DNA from: Lama guanicoe
Lineage: Eukaryota
Length of the DNA stretch: 64,000 nucleotides
NCBI GenBank assembly: GCA_013239625.1
Contig: MU053431.1
Coordinates: 1,452,485 to 1,516,484 of the forward strand
Reading direction: 5' to 3'
Positions 33,701-46,100 of this stretch are shown here, piece after piece. Under the pieces are notes generated by a model that searched no databases, was not told where the DNA came from, and saw nothing but the letters and a program-made list of their open reading frames with translations. A program made the translations under genes and the position numbers. The number at the start of each line of letters is the position of its first letter. The stretch's first letter is position 1.

Positions 33701-36700
33701 AGGGGCAGGAAGCCGTGGCCGTGGAAAGTCATGGCCCGTCCCACCTGCAGGGAGGGGAGGGGAATGACCGTGAGGCCCGCGGCTGGAGAGGGCGGCGCCG
33801 CCAGCCAGCCAGCCGGGCAGGGTGGCTCACCAGCAGGTCTGCGGTGCAGCCGGAGCTGATGCCCGTGGTGTTCAGCCTCTTGAGGTCCACGTACTTGCCC
33901 AGAGCTTTGATGCCCTTGATGCAGCCACGGATGGAGCCTCCGGAGGGGAAGAGCCGCAGCAGACTGCAGGATGGTGGCAGCAGGGTGAGCGGCAGGGGTC
34001 GCCTCCCGGGCCCCGCCCCCCACCCCCAGGGCCGGTGCTTACCTCGGGGGCAGCAGGCCGGGCGGCACCCCCCCCAGGTAGTAGGCGTCGGCCAGCTCCA
34101 GCGAGTTCTCCTGCTCCACGCTGAACACCGTGGTCCTTTCCACGCGCACCAGCACACGCTTCCGGCTGCCCCCCAGCAGGAACACCTGGATCTGTAAGGC
34201 ACCGGTGCAGGGGCTTCAGGTGAGCCATGACCGCCTCACCTGCCAGTCCTCCCCGCCCACGTCCTGCCCTCCCGGACCCCGGCCTTACCGCCTTGCTGGT
34301 CGTGGTCAGAGGAGGCAGGGGCTGCATCGGGACGGCCTCCTTCAAGCCCGCACCGAAGTCGTAGAGGAGCACGAGGCTGCCTTCCTGCACGGCCAGGCAC
34401 AGGAACTGGTCCTGGGGTGAGGGGCGGGGCACAGGTCAGTGCGGGGAGGGGCGGGCCGGCCGGGCAGTGTGGGCGTCGGACGTGCCTGGTGCTGCAGGAA
34501 GAAGATGACCCCGCTGTAGGACACGAGCCGCAGCTCCTGCTCGAAGCGCTTGGTGTTGCTGATCTGACTCTCCACGCTAATGCGGGCGAAGCCGGAGCCA
34601 TCCAGGTAGGAGCCGTCTGTGAGCCACGGGTCCCCGGTCGACTTGGAGCTGTGGCCAGAGGTTGCAGGGTCAGCGAGGGCGGCCTGGGCGGGGGCGAGGG
34701 TCGGCTCAGGCCGCACGTACCGGGCACAAGGCTTATCCACGGCCGTGTCCAGCTGGAAGGTCTCCTCGAAGTTGTAGAGACTGACCACGTCTTCGTTGAG
34801 CGTGTCCAACTCGATGCAGCCCCGGTAGCCAGGAAAGCGGAGGGGTTCGGGGGGCTGCGGGCACGGCGTGCGGTCAGGGCGCTGCCCCAGCCAGGACGGA
34901 CCCAAGGGGAGGAACCCAGGCTGCCGCAGGCGGACTGGAGCCAGGCACCAAGTGCACTTGCCGGGCCGGGGGCGCAGGGTGGGGCGGCTCACCGAGAAGC
35001 TGCTGGGGTAGCCCCCCACGTAGAAGACGAAGTCGTCGGGCTGCAGGCTGAGCAGCCCTTCCGCCCCCGGAGCCACTGTGTCGCCCTTGGTCTCCTGCAC
35101 CACCTGGTCCTCCACCGTGACAGACATGTGGCCAAACTGCAGGGTCCTGAGGGCAGAGGTGAGAGGACGCGGGGTGGACGGCCAGCCCTGCCAGGCGGCA
35201 GGGCGAGCGCTGTGGGGGCCGTGCACGGGGCCGGGCCTCCCACCTGTCGATGCTGACGGCTGCGAACCGCTCCCCGATGTCTTCATCGATGCTGAGGGCC
35301 GCAGGGCCCGCCCCCCCGAGGCGGTACACCCACTGCACCTTCTGGTCCCGCAGAGCCACCCCCATGTAGTCGCCAGTGGCCTAGGGCAGCAGCAGGAGAC
35401 TCAGTGGGACGAAGCCCCAGCACGGCCCACTCTCTCCGACCTGCTGCCCGGCGCCGCCAGCCCGCCGAGCCCGCCCAGTACCTGGCGGCCGCCCATGTAC
35501 AGCACAAACTGGTCCCCGGCGGCCTGGCCCGAGGCCGGCTGCGGGCTCTGCAGGTAGAACCTGAGAGCAGTGTAGGCCGCAAGGTCGCTGAGGTCGCGAG
35601 GGGCGCGTAGCCGCACCCCTGAAAGCCCGTTGAACTTCATGGGCACCTTGACCTGCGGGGAGCACACGGCCTGTCAGCGCCACCTCCTGGCCTCCCGGAG
35701 GCCTGCCTCGCCTGGCACTCGCGCCCACCTTGCTGGCTGCGCCCCGGGCCTGGGCAATGAGCTCCCGCACACGGCCGATGCTGGCGGACAGGGCCAGGCT
35801 GGCGTTGCGCGCCCCGCGGTCCTGCAGGAGGCTCAGCGTGGTCAGCAGCTGCGGCAGCGTCTTCTCCAGGGCTGACACTGCAGGGGGGAGGGCGGCCCTG
35901 AGAGCCGGGCCTCCCCACCCTGGCCCGCCTGCTCGCAGGGCACCGAATCCCAGGGCCCACCTGAGCGGCCTGCGTCCAGCATCACCTGGCCCAGGTCCTG
36001 GCTCCGCAGGCCCTGGTACTGGCCCTGCCACCGCTCCACAGTTTCCTGCATGTCGTGAAGCTGGGACTGCACGCGGGCAGCTGTGTCCTGGGCTTCGGCG
36101 GCCACGGCCTTGGCATGGGCGATCTTCTTGCTGGTCTCGTCTGTGGTGGGCGGTGCGCAGGCTCAGTGGGGACAGGGGAGAGCCATCCTGGTCTCATCCC
36201 CGTCTGGGGAGACCACTGAGACCCCCTTGTCAGGACCAGCAAGAGGGACACACCCCACAGGTCTTGTGAGAACCTCAGAGCAGTGGACAACGTCCCCTGC
36301 CAGACGGTCCCTCCTCCATGCTGGGGACTCTGGCCAGAGCTGGGTCACCCTGGGCCTGCCCAGGTCAGCTCAGCCTCATCCCCCCACGGCCACCACTGCC
36401 CCCTCAGCATTTCTCCTGAGGCCCTGCCAGAGTCCTCAGGGCCGCCACTCCAGATTTGCTGGGAGTGTCCACCCTCAAGTCAGCAGAGATCCCTCCTAAC
36501 CTGGGCCAGATGCACCGCTCCTCTGCCCTAAGCCCTCCCAGGGCCCCCACACCCCAGTCACCCCAGTGCCCTTGGCTCCAGCCACACCGGCCTCCGCCCC
36601 TCCACCTCCCTGCTTGCCGGCTGACTGCACCCTCCCCAGACGCCCCCAAGGTCCCTGCCGCACAGCCCCCGCGGGTCCTGTGTTATTTCTCTCCCAGCAC

Positions 36701-39700
36701 CTCTTGTCCCTCCTGGTCTTCACTCGCTACCTGGGGCTGCTCTGTTGGGTATGTCTCCCAACCAGAGGCAGGTTCCCAAGGCTGGGGCCCCCCCCAACAG
36801 GAGCCCCTCAGCTGCCCTGGCCACTGTTCCGGACAGTGTGTGCACACACGCCCTTGCATAAAAGCCCTACTGGACGGTGCCCGCTGGAGGGCTATGGGGA
36901 TGAGCAGTGAGGCCAGCATGGGGAGAAGACCCAACACACCTGTGTCCATGGCCAGCATGGCCTGTACCTCCTGGACTCGGGCTGCCAGCTGCTCCTTCCT
37001 GGCCCGGGCGTCACGGAGCTGGGTCCCGGTGCCCTGGAGGGTGGCCCGCGCTGCGGGGGAGGCAGCCTCAGCCCCAAGAACCCCCGCCCCCAGGATACAG
37101 GTGTGGCCCACTGCAGCCCTCCTGACCAGGGAGGACCGGCCCACGTGCACATAGACGGAGACATGCGGACACAAGAGGCCTGGGCTCGGGGAGGTGCTGG
37201 CACCCTGAGGCTCGTGGTCCCACAGCAAATGTAATTACGCTTTTTTTATGGATGAACACAATGGAGGCTCAGAAAAACCAAGCCACTTCCAGCCACCAGC
37301 GTGCTGAGGTCCTAGCAGCAGAGGGAGCAGCCCCACCCTCACTCCTCGCCTGCCCCTCCTTGACAGCCCAGCATGCACATGGGCCCAGCCAGGACGGCAG
37401 GAAAACTGTCAGTGGGTCCCCATGTCCTCATCCTGGGGACCCGGCACAAAGCCCTGGGGTGGGGAGGGGGCTTTGCAGGGCTCCCAGGGGCGAACTTGAA
37501 GGGTGGTGGGGAAAATTCCCACGCAGGGCAGCCACCACCCTGACTCACACAGTGACAACCACAAACCCCATACCACGCGGCTGGAGAGTGAGGGTCCCCA
37601 CAGCGCCTGGACACCCAGGTGGACCGGGCACTCACCAAGGCCCAGCCTCCGCTGCTCCCCCAGGACGGCCTCCTCCAGGGCACTGCTGTTGGCAAGGAGC
37701 TCCCGGGCTCGGGGCGCCAGGCCCTGCTGCACCACCATCTACAGACGCGGGGACAGAACGCAGGTCACACCTGCCTGGTGGGGTGGGGGGCATCAGGGGC
37801 TCCTCGGGGCAGCAGGGAGGGTGGGGCCTCACCGCCCACGTGTGGCTGGCCTGCTGCTGCGCCTGCCCAGCTGCGCCCGCGGCGGCCTGCACTGCCTGCA
37901 GAATGCTGCTGTAGGCGTTGGCAGCCTCGACGGCCCGCTGGATGAAGCGGTCCCGGTTGACTCCGAGGATGATGCTGTATGGAGAGATGGGGAGGACCCG
38001 AGGCCGTGGGGTGGGGGGCGCTCAGTGCGTCCCATGGGCCTCCCGCCCTCCCAGCTGCTGGGCCAGCTGGCCAGCAGCTCCAAACCCCCAGCCTTGGCTC
38101 ATGCCCTTCTGCTGCCCCGTGTCCCTCTCCTGCTTTCTGCCAGCCTGGGCCTGCAGGGACAATGACCTCTCCTAGGAGCCTTCCCAGACCAACCGCGGCC
38201 CCTCCAGGCCCTGGCTGCCCTCCAGGGCACCCTCTTTGGGCTCTGTACCTGGACAGATTGAACGCCAACTGGTCCAGCTGCTGTGCGTGGGCCTCAGCAG
38301 CCTCCACCAGATCCACCTTGCTGCTCGCGGGGGAGAAGGCTCGCATCTTCTCCAGCAGCGGCGTCCGGGCCCCGTCCAGGCTGGCAGCGAGGTGCTCGTA
38401 CTCCTGAGGGTGGGTGGGCTTAGGTGGGACCTTCCTCTTTTACTCACTCCCACCTGATCTGGAACCCCAGGGGCCACACTCTGCATGCAAACCAGTGCCT
38501 GAACACGCCTGGTGCACAGCCCTGGGAGGGGTGGCGCTCACCTCCTTGGCCCGGTCCATGCCATGCAGAAGCTCAGAGAGCTGGGCTAGGGTATCTCTGG
38601 CAGCCTGCAGAGTGGCCCCCAGGGTGGCATTGTCTCGGGACAGCTCCTGCTTCCGTTGCTGGAGGTGATGGGGAGTGAGGAGGTGGTGACAGAACAGAGG
38701 AGAGATGGGGTAAACAGGGAGGGGGCGGNNNNNNNNNNNNNNNNNNNNNNNNNNNATGGAGGAGGGGTGAGGACAATGAGGGAGGGGAGGATCATGGGGG
38801 GGGGGGGGGGACCAGGCCAGGCCAGGCTCCCTACCAGGGCCTCCTCCAGGCGCTCCTGGTTTCGGCTGTTGAGCTCCTTGGCCTCCCGAGTGGTGCCCAC
38901 CGCCCGGTTCAGAGCCTCCCGCAGGTCCATGAGGCCGGCCTCATGCTGGGCCAGCTGGTCTCGGGTGCGCGCCACCAGCGCTTGGTTCCTCTCCCAGCGT
39001 GTGGTCAGCTGCTCCTGCACTCGGGCCAGCACTGGTCGAGACCCAGCACAGGAAAGGTCACACGGGCAGTGACCCTGGAGCCTGGCTCCCAAGCTGACGT
39101 GATACCCCTCCACGCTGCCCTCAGCCCCAGGGCTCCCTCCCCGTCTCTGCCCTGCTGGGGCTGACACACTCACATCTCTGGGCCTCCCCCAGCTCAGTCT
39201 CAGCAGCTGCCCGCGGAGCCCCCAGCTCACGGGCCCGCATCTCCCGGAGCAGCCGCTCCACCTCGGCCAGGGTCCGGCGTAGCTGCTCGCCCGAGGGGAC
39301 CGAGGCATTGGCTGGTGACAGGCGGTCTGCCTGAGACTCGAGCTCTGTGCGGGTTTGGGGAGGGGGATGTCAGGGCCCAGGGCTGGCCTGCTGCCTGGGC
39401 AGACCCCTGCCCACTAGCTTCCAGGCCGGAAACCCCTGCCTGAGCATCTCTGGACGACCACATGTAACCCGGCATGCCCAGAACAGCTCCCAGCGCTCCT
39501 GGCTCAAGGCCATGCCCTCTAGGCCTGCCTGGCCCCTCCCCCACACCCCTCCCCCTCACAGCCCCCACCCACACCTGCTCAGCCTGCTTCCTGGCCTCCT
39601 TGCCTACCCACCCCTCCTCCCAGTCCAGCACTCAGCTAGAACTTCACTTCCTTCTGGGCCCCTGGGCTGTGCCTGGTCCTCCAAGTCCCCTCTTGGTGAC

Positions 39701-40116
39701 ACGCCCCAGGTTGTAACTCAGTTTCACCCTTGCGTTTTCTTAGGGAGGCAGGGGACCTGCGAGGGGACACCGGCCCATTTCGCAGGGTCTGCCTGTCCTC
39801 TGGCCCTGGCCACACTGGCCACCTCTCCCACCTTCCAACCCTGACCTGCTGTTCACATGGTCAAGGTACCGTCTCTGTATCCACACATCCAACCCTGCCA
39901 GTTCTTCAAGGCCAAGCCCCTGAAGGCATGAGCCCCTGCTCTGAGCCCTGAACACCATTCTGCCCAACTCTCCCCTGCCCCTGCCCAGCCGGGCCAGCCC
40001 CTACCGCTCAGGGCGCGGTCCACAGCCTGGATGGCTACCAGCAGTGTCTGTGCCCGGCCCAGTGTGGCCTCGGTGCTGTCCAGCAGCTGGCCGGCCTGAG
40101 CTCGAGCCCCTGCAGC
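30735..40116 (-). CDS. LAMA5: LAMA5 exons 51-80: coiled coil and LG1-LG5
   Basis: Heptad-rich exons, then KVPMKFNG (start of LG1), [27 protein letters not shown] and LHLGGLP...GCMRNL. Confidence 0.95.
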
Positions 40117-43100
40117 CTGCGGATGAAGTACCTGCTCAGCCTTCACTCCCTGCTGGCCGGGGGGAGGGCTGGGGGCCTGGGGAGGGGCCTTGAGCCTGAG
40201 GTGAGGGTCAGAGGTGACACTGCACGGTTTGGGGCCTGGGGAGAGGGGCCTCTGGGGGAGGAGTCTGCTGAGAGGGAGAGTCGTCAGGGGAGGGGTTTCC
40301 TGGAGGAGAAGCATTCCAGGGGGTTCTGGGGCAGGAGTCCCCAAGGGCCTGCCTGGCCATCCAGCCGCTGTGTGTCCTGCCCGAGGCTTGAGGTCTGTCG
40401 TTCCAAGGCCTCCAGCTGCAGTGCGGTCTCGTGGTGGAGGCCCGAGGGGCTCCGGAGCTGGCTCTGAGGGGAGGGGAAGGTGAGAGCCTGCGACCTGAGA
40501 AGGGGAGGCTGGGGCCGGGCTGTGCAGTACCTGCAGATCGGCGATGGAGGCGTCCAGCCTGTGCAGCCGGGCCCAGGCCACGGAGCTGGCGTTGATGCCA
40601 CGCAGCTGCTCGCGGATGGCGGGGAGGAGCGCTCCGGCCCGCTCCAGGTCATCCAGGAGCAGAACCACACAGTGGTCACACACTGCGAGCAGGGGGGCAG
40701 GTTGGCATGGGGTTAGGGATCGGTGTGGGGCCAGGGAAAGTCACAGAGTTGGCGTGGTGCAGATGGGTCATTGGGGATCATGGTGGTGAAACAGGGATGC
40801 TAAGCTGAAGGTGACAAGGTCAGTGGGGATCAGAGATCAGTGTGTGGGTCCCAGGGTCAACGTAAGGATGGGATGTGGGGCCCCTCAGAAACTGAGATGG
40901 GGAACTGGGGCCACAGGACTCCTCTGGAAGTTGAGGTTAACATACAGGTCACCAGGCCAGCACAGAGCTGGGACCCACACTCCCCCAGGTGGAGCTGGGA
41001 GGGCCGGGTGTTGGCAGGGGGCAGGTGGGCGGCGGGGGGAGGCTCACACCTTCGCAGTGTACGCCGTGGCCCCCAGGCCTCCCTGGCACGGGCACCTGGT
41101 GCTGCTGGCTACAGGTGTCACAGCGCTCCCCACTGAGCCCAGGGGGGCACGTGCAGTGGCCTGTATGCAGGTCACAGTGGCCCCCCTGGCACTGCCAGCC
41201 TGGGGTGGGAAGGGTGGGGTGAGTGGCAGGCTGAGGGCCCTGGGGTACTCACCACCCCGAGGTGCCCCACCCACCCACACTCACGCTTGCAGCCCTGCTC
41301 AGGGACGCCCCAGTGGCCGGGGGCACACTCGCGGCACTGGGGCCCCCCAGCCCCTGGCCGGCAGTGGCACTGCCCACTCTGGGGGTCGCACTCGGAGCCC
41401 TCGGCGGCTGGTCCACAGGCGCATGGACGGCAACCCCCACAGCCCTCAAAACCAAAGTGTCCTTCCTGTAGGCACAGACAGCAGTCACGGCTCTGCCCAA
41501 CCCTCGAGACCCAGCCTCCTTCAGCCCTGAGCCCTGCCCCATACCCAAGCCCCACCCCTCCAGCCATGAAGCCCCACCCCCAGCCATGAAAGCCCCACCC
41601 CATCCATGCAGGGCTACCTGACAGCGGTCACAGCGTGGCCCTGTCACACCCGCCTTGCACAAGCAGTGCCCACTGTGGGGGTCACAGGCCTCCGTCCCAC
41701 ACGGGGAGCAGTCACACCCTGCAGAAGGGGGAGCTGTAACCACAGCCCTGACCTCCACCCCAGCCTTTTTCCTCCCACCCCCTACGCCTGTGGGCTCCTA
41801 CGCCACGCCAATCTCCATCCCGCCCCAAATGAAGCCCCTAGACCCTCACTGTTCTCCACCTTCCCCGTTCCACCTGGGTCCAGACCACACAGCTGCCTGC
41901 TCACTGTCCCCCCCACCGCCCCTGCCCCATGCCTTCTGCCCAGTAGCCTGGGCTCAACCAGAGGTCCTGCCAGCCCCCTCCTGGTGACGCCCTCCCGCAG
42001 GAGTAGCCAAAGTCCCAGAGTGACCCTCAGCCTGGCCATGGGGGTGTCTGACCATGAGCCCCAGCATGGGACACAGCCTGCTCCTGGGGGACACCCATGG
42101 GCCCCCCGCCCTCCCCGCCTACGGGTGCAGTTGCCAGGCAGCAGGGCGTTGCCGTAGAAGCCGGGGGCGCAGCTCTCGCAGCGGGGCCCGGTGGTGTGGC
42201 GCAGATCTGGGGGAGGAGTCTGCTGAGAGGGAGAGTCGTCAGGGGAGGGGTTTCCTGGAGGAGAAGCATTCCAGGGGGTTCTGGGGCAGGAGTCCCCAAG
42301 GGCCTGCCTGGCCATCCAGCCGCTGTGTGTCCTGCCCGAGGCTTGAGGTCTGTCGTTCCAAGGCCTCCAGCTGCAGTGCGGTCTCGTGGTGGAGGCCCGA
42401 GGGGCTCCGGAGCTGGCTCTGAGGGGAGGGGAAGGTGAGAGCCTGCGACCTGAGAAGGGGAGGCTGGGGCCGGGCTGTGCAGTACCTGCAGATCGGCGAT
42501 GGAGGCGTCCAGCCTGTGCAGCCGGGCCCAGGCCACGGAGCTGGCGTTGATGCCACGCAGCTGCTCGCGGATGGCGGGGAGGAGCGCTCCGGCCCGCTCC
42601 AGGTCATCCAGGAGCAGAACCACACAGTGGTCACACACTGCGAGCAGGGGGGCAGGTTGGCATGGGGTTAGGGATCGGTGTGGGGCCAGGGAAAGTCACA
42701 GAGTTGGCGTGGTGCAGATGGGTCATTGGGGATCATGGTGGTGAAACAGGGATGCTAAGCTGAAGGTGACAAGGTCAGTGGGGATCAGAGATCAGTGTGT
42801 GGGTCCCAGGGTCAACGTAAGGATGGGATGTGGGGCCCCTCAGAAACTGAGATGGGGAACTGGGGCCACAGGACTCCTCTGGAAGTTGAGGTTAACATAC
42901 AGGTCACCAGGCCAGCACAGAGCTGGGACCCACACTCCCCCAGGTGGAGCTGGGAGGGCCGGGTGTTGGCAGGGGGCAGGTGGGCGGCGGGGGGAGGCTC
43001 ACACCTTCGCAGTGTACGCCGTGGCCCCCAGGCCTCCCTGGCACGGGCACCTGGTGCTGCTGGCTACAGGTGTCACAGCGCTCCCCACTGAGCCCAGGGG

Positions 43101-46100
43101 GGCACGTGCAGTGGCCTGTATGCAGGTCACAGTGGCCCCCCTGGCACTGGCAGCCTGGGGTGGGAAGGGTGGGGTGAGTGGCAGGCTGAGGGCCCTGGGG
43201 TACTCACCACCCCGAGGTGCCCCACCCACCCACACTCACGCTTGCAGCCCTGCTCAGGGACGCCCCAGTGGCCGGGGGCACACTCGCGGCACTGGGGCCC
43301 CCCAGCCCCTGGCCGGCAGTGGCACTGCCCACTCTGGGGGTCGCACTCGGAGCCCTCGGCGGCTGGTCCACAGGCGCATGGACGGCAACCCCCACAGCCC
43401 TCAAAACCAAAGTGTCCTTCCTGTAGGCACAGACAGCAGTCACGGCTCTGCCCAACCCTGGTGACCCAGCCTCCTTCAGCCCTGAGCCCTGCCCCATACC
43501 CAAGCCCCACCCCTCCAGCCATGAAGCCCCACCCCCAGCCATGAAAGCCCCACCCCATCCATGCAGGGCTACCTGACAGCGGTCACAGCGTGGCCCTGTC
43601 ACACCCGCCTTGCACAAGCAGTGCCCACTGTGGGGGTCACAGGCCTCCGTCCCACACGGGGAGCAGTCACACCCTGCAGAAGGGGGAGCTGTAACCACAG
43701 CCCTGACCTCCACCCCAGCCTTTTTCCTCCCACCCCCTACGCCTGTGGGCTCCTACGCCACGCCAATCTCCATCCCGCCCCAAATGAAGCCCCTAGACCC
43801 TCACTGTTCTCCACCTTCCCCGTTCCACCTGGGTCCAGACCACACAGCTGCCTGCTCACTGTCCCCCCCACCGCCCCTGCCCCATGCCTTCTGCCCAGTA
43901 GCCTGGGCTCAACCAGAGGTCCTGCCAGCCCCCTCCTGGTGATGCCCTCCCGCAGGAGTAGCCAAAGTCCCAGAGTGACCCTCAGCCTGGCCATGGGGGT
44001 GTCTGACCATGAGCCCCAGCATGGGACACAGCCTGCTCCTGGGGGACACCCATGGGCCCCCCGCCCTCCCCGCCTACGGGTGCAGTTGCCAGGCAGCAGG
44101 GCGTTGCCGTAGAAGCCGGGGGCGCAGCTCTCGCAGCGGGGCCCGGTGGTGTGGCGCAGGCAGCCACGGCAGGCGCCCGTCAGGGGGTCGCAGTCACTGA
44201 AGAGCATGTTGGGATCGCCATTGCCGCTGCAGTCACAGGGCTGGCAGGAGCTGCCTAGCACCAGCGGGTTCCCAAAGAAGCCAGGAGCGCACCTGGGGGA
44301 GGCGGCGTCTGTAGTCTGTGCCGGCCTGGGTGCGCAGTGCCCACACCCCCCCAGGCCCGTCCACGCACGCAGTGCCTCCCCCCCTCCGGCCCCCAGCGGG
44401 TTCCCGAAGAAGCCGGGGCACACCTGGGGGGAGCGGAGTCTGTGGCCTGTGCCGGCCTAGGCGCGCAGTGCCCGCCCCACCCACCGCCACCCCTACCCTG
44501 CTCACCGCTCGCAGGAGGCCCCAGCATAGCCCGGTTTGCAGAGACACTGGGTGCGGCCACCTCGCAGGATGCAGCCCATGGCGAAGCTGCAGAGACGGAG
44601 GGGGTTGTTACACACCTGCACACCCTAGGTGAGCACCGTTGTGTACTCGGGCTAGGCCAGATACCAGGTGTTGGGGGTCCCCTCCTCATGGACCCCCAGC
44701 TGTCCTGGCCTCCACAGAGAATGAGCTTCTCTACCAGGCAGGGGATGGTGGCCTTCTATCCCGGGTCTATGAGGACTTTTGGCTCCAGCCAAGGGTCGGG
44801 ACCCCGGAGGGGTGGCCCAGCTTACTTGTTGGAAGGCACAGCAAGGGGGCAGGGGCAGCTGACGCAGGGGACCGCGGGGTCCTCCGACCCACCACGCACG
44901 AAGCCATCCTGGCAGTGCTCACAGTGGTCGCCCTCTGTGTTGTGCTGGCAGCCCTGGGGCAGAGGGGACAGGTCAGCACTGACAGGAGGCCCCGCTTCCC
45001 ACCAGCAGGGCCTGGTCAGCTCCCTCTGCAACCCTGTGGGGCTCTACGCCCAATGCCAGGGGGGCCCCACTTGGGTTCTGCCCCCCCGACCTCAGTATAT
45101 CCACAACTGCTAACCCAGAGGCCCTCCGGTCTTCCCTAGTCTGTGCATTTCGTGGCTGCCCTACCCTGCAGGGTCCCCACTCACCACGCAGACGCCTGAG
45201 CCAGGGAGGCAGCGGTCCGAGTGGCCGTGGCACTGACAAGGGACGCAGCGACCCAAGAAGAGACCTTTGACGTCCCGGTAGTAGCCAGGGGCACATTCCT
45301 GGGGGGAGGCATCAGGGATCAGGAAAGGGGGCAGGGCCAGCCCGCTGCGGGGGCAGGCCAGGGGCCACCACAGGTCAGCCCCTCAGGGGTCCTGACGCTG
45401 GCTAGCGGAAGGCACAAGGTCACAGCCCACGAAGCTGCATGGATGCTCTGGCTCAGGCGACCACTCTCTTTCCCCACGGGCCAGGGCCATCCTCTTTCTT
45501 CTCCAGACACCCCTTCCCAGTGGGCGGACGGATGCCCCGTGGGCAAGGGAGGGGAGGTGGCTAGAGGCACGCTGCCTGGGTGACTCGGAGGACGTGGGAT
45601 GCACTGGGCAGTAAGTGGACGAAAAGCAGCCGTGTGCACAGAGGGCGGGGCGGGTGACAGCGGATAAGCAAACAGGTGAGCCAGCGGGCTGGGAGGGTGA
45701 CATCCAGGAGGTGGGAGGGGAGACTCGTGGGGAGGGGCCGAGGCGGAGGACGAGAGCGGATGCCTGGCGGGTACGGATGTGCCTGGCATGGGGGGCGGGC
45801 TGTACTGACCAGGGGGCGGCAGCCTCCCAGCCTGGCGCCCGCCCCTGCGCCTCACCTGGCACGAGTCCCCACGGTAGTTGGCAGGGCACATGCACAGCTC
45901 CACACTGCTGGCCGGAGGGCCCCCGCCCGCCTCACTGGCCACCTCCAGCGCCACCCTACGCAGGGAGACGGCCGAGGAGGTCTGCGAGAAGAGGGCGCGG
46001 AGCTGCAGCTGCTCCAGGCCGGCCAGCACCATCATGAGCTCCTCCCGGGACACGGCGTTGTGGGTCTCCATGTGCCGGAAGTTCCCCTGCAGGGCCACGA

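Noticed and set aside
41545-41610. Three ~21-bp CCCCACCCCCAGCCATGAAG repeats near the LAMA5 exon 46 donor
   Set aside because: An ordinary short intronic tandem repeat with no evidence of function.
42203-42208. AGATCT at the duplication junction as a restriction, Hi-C or adapter scar
   Set aside because: Neither parental end contains GATC and only one base is non-templated; too little evidence to assign a mechanism.
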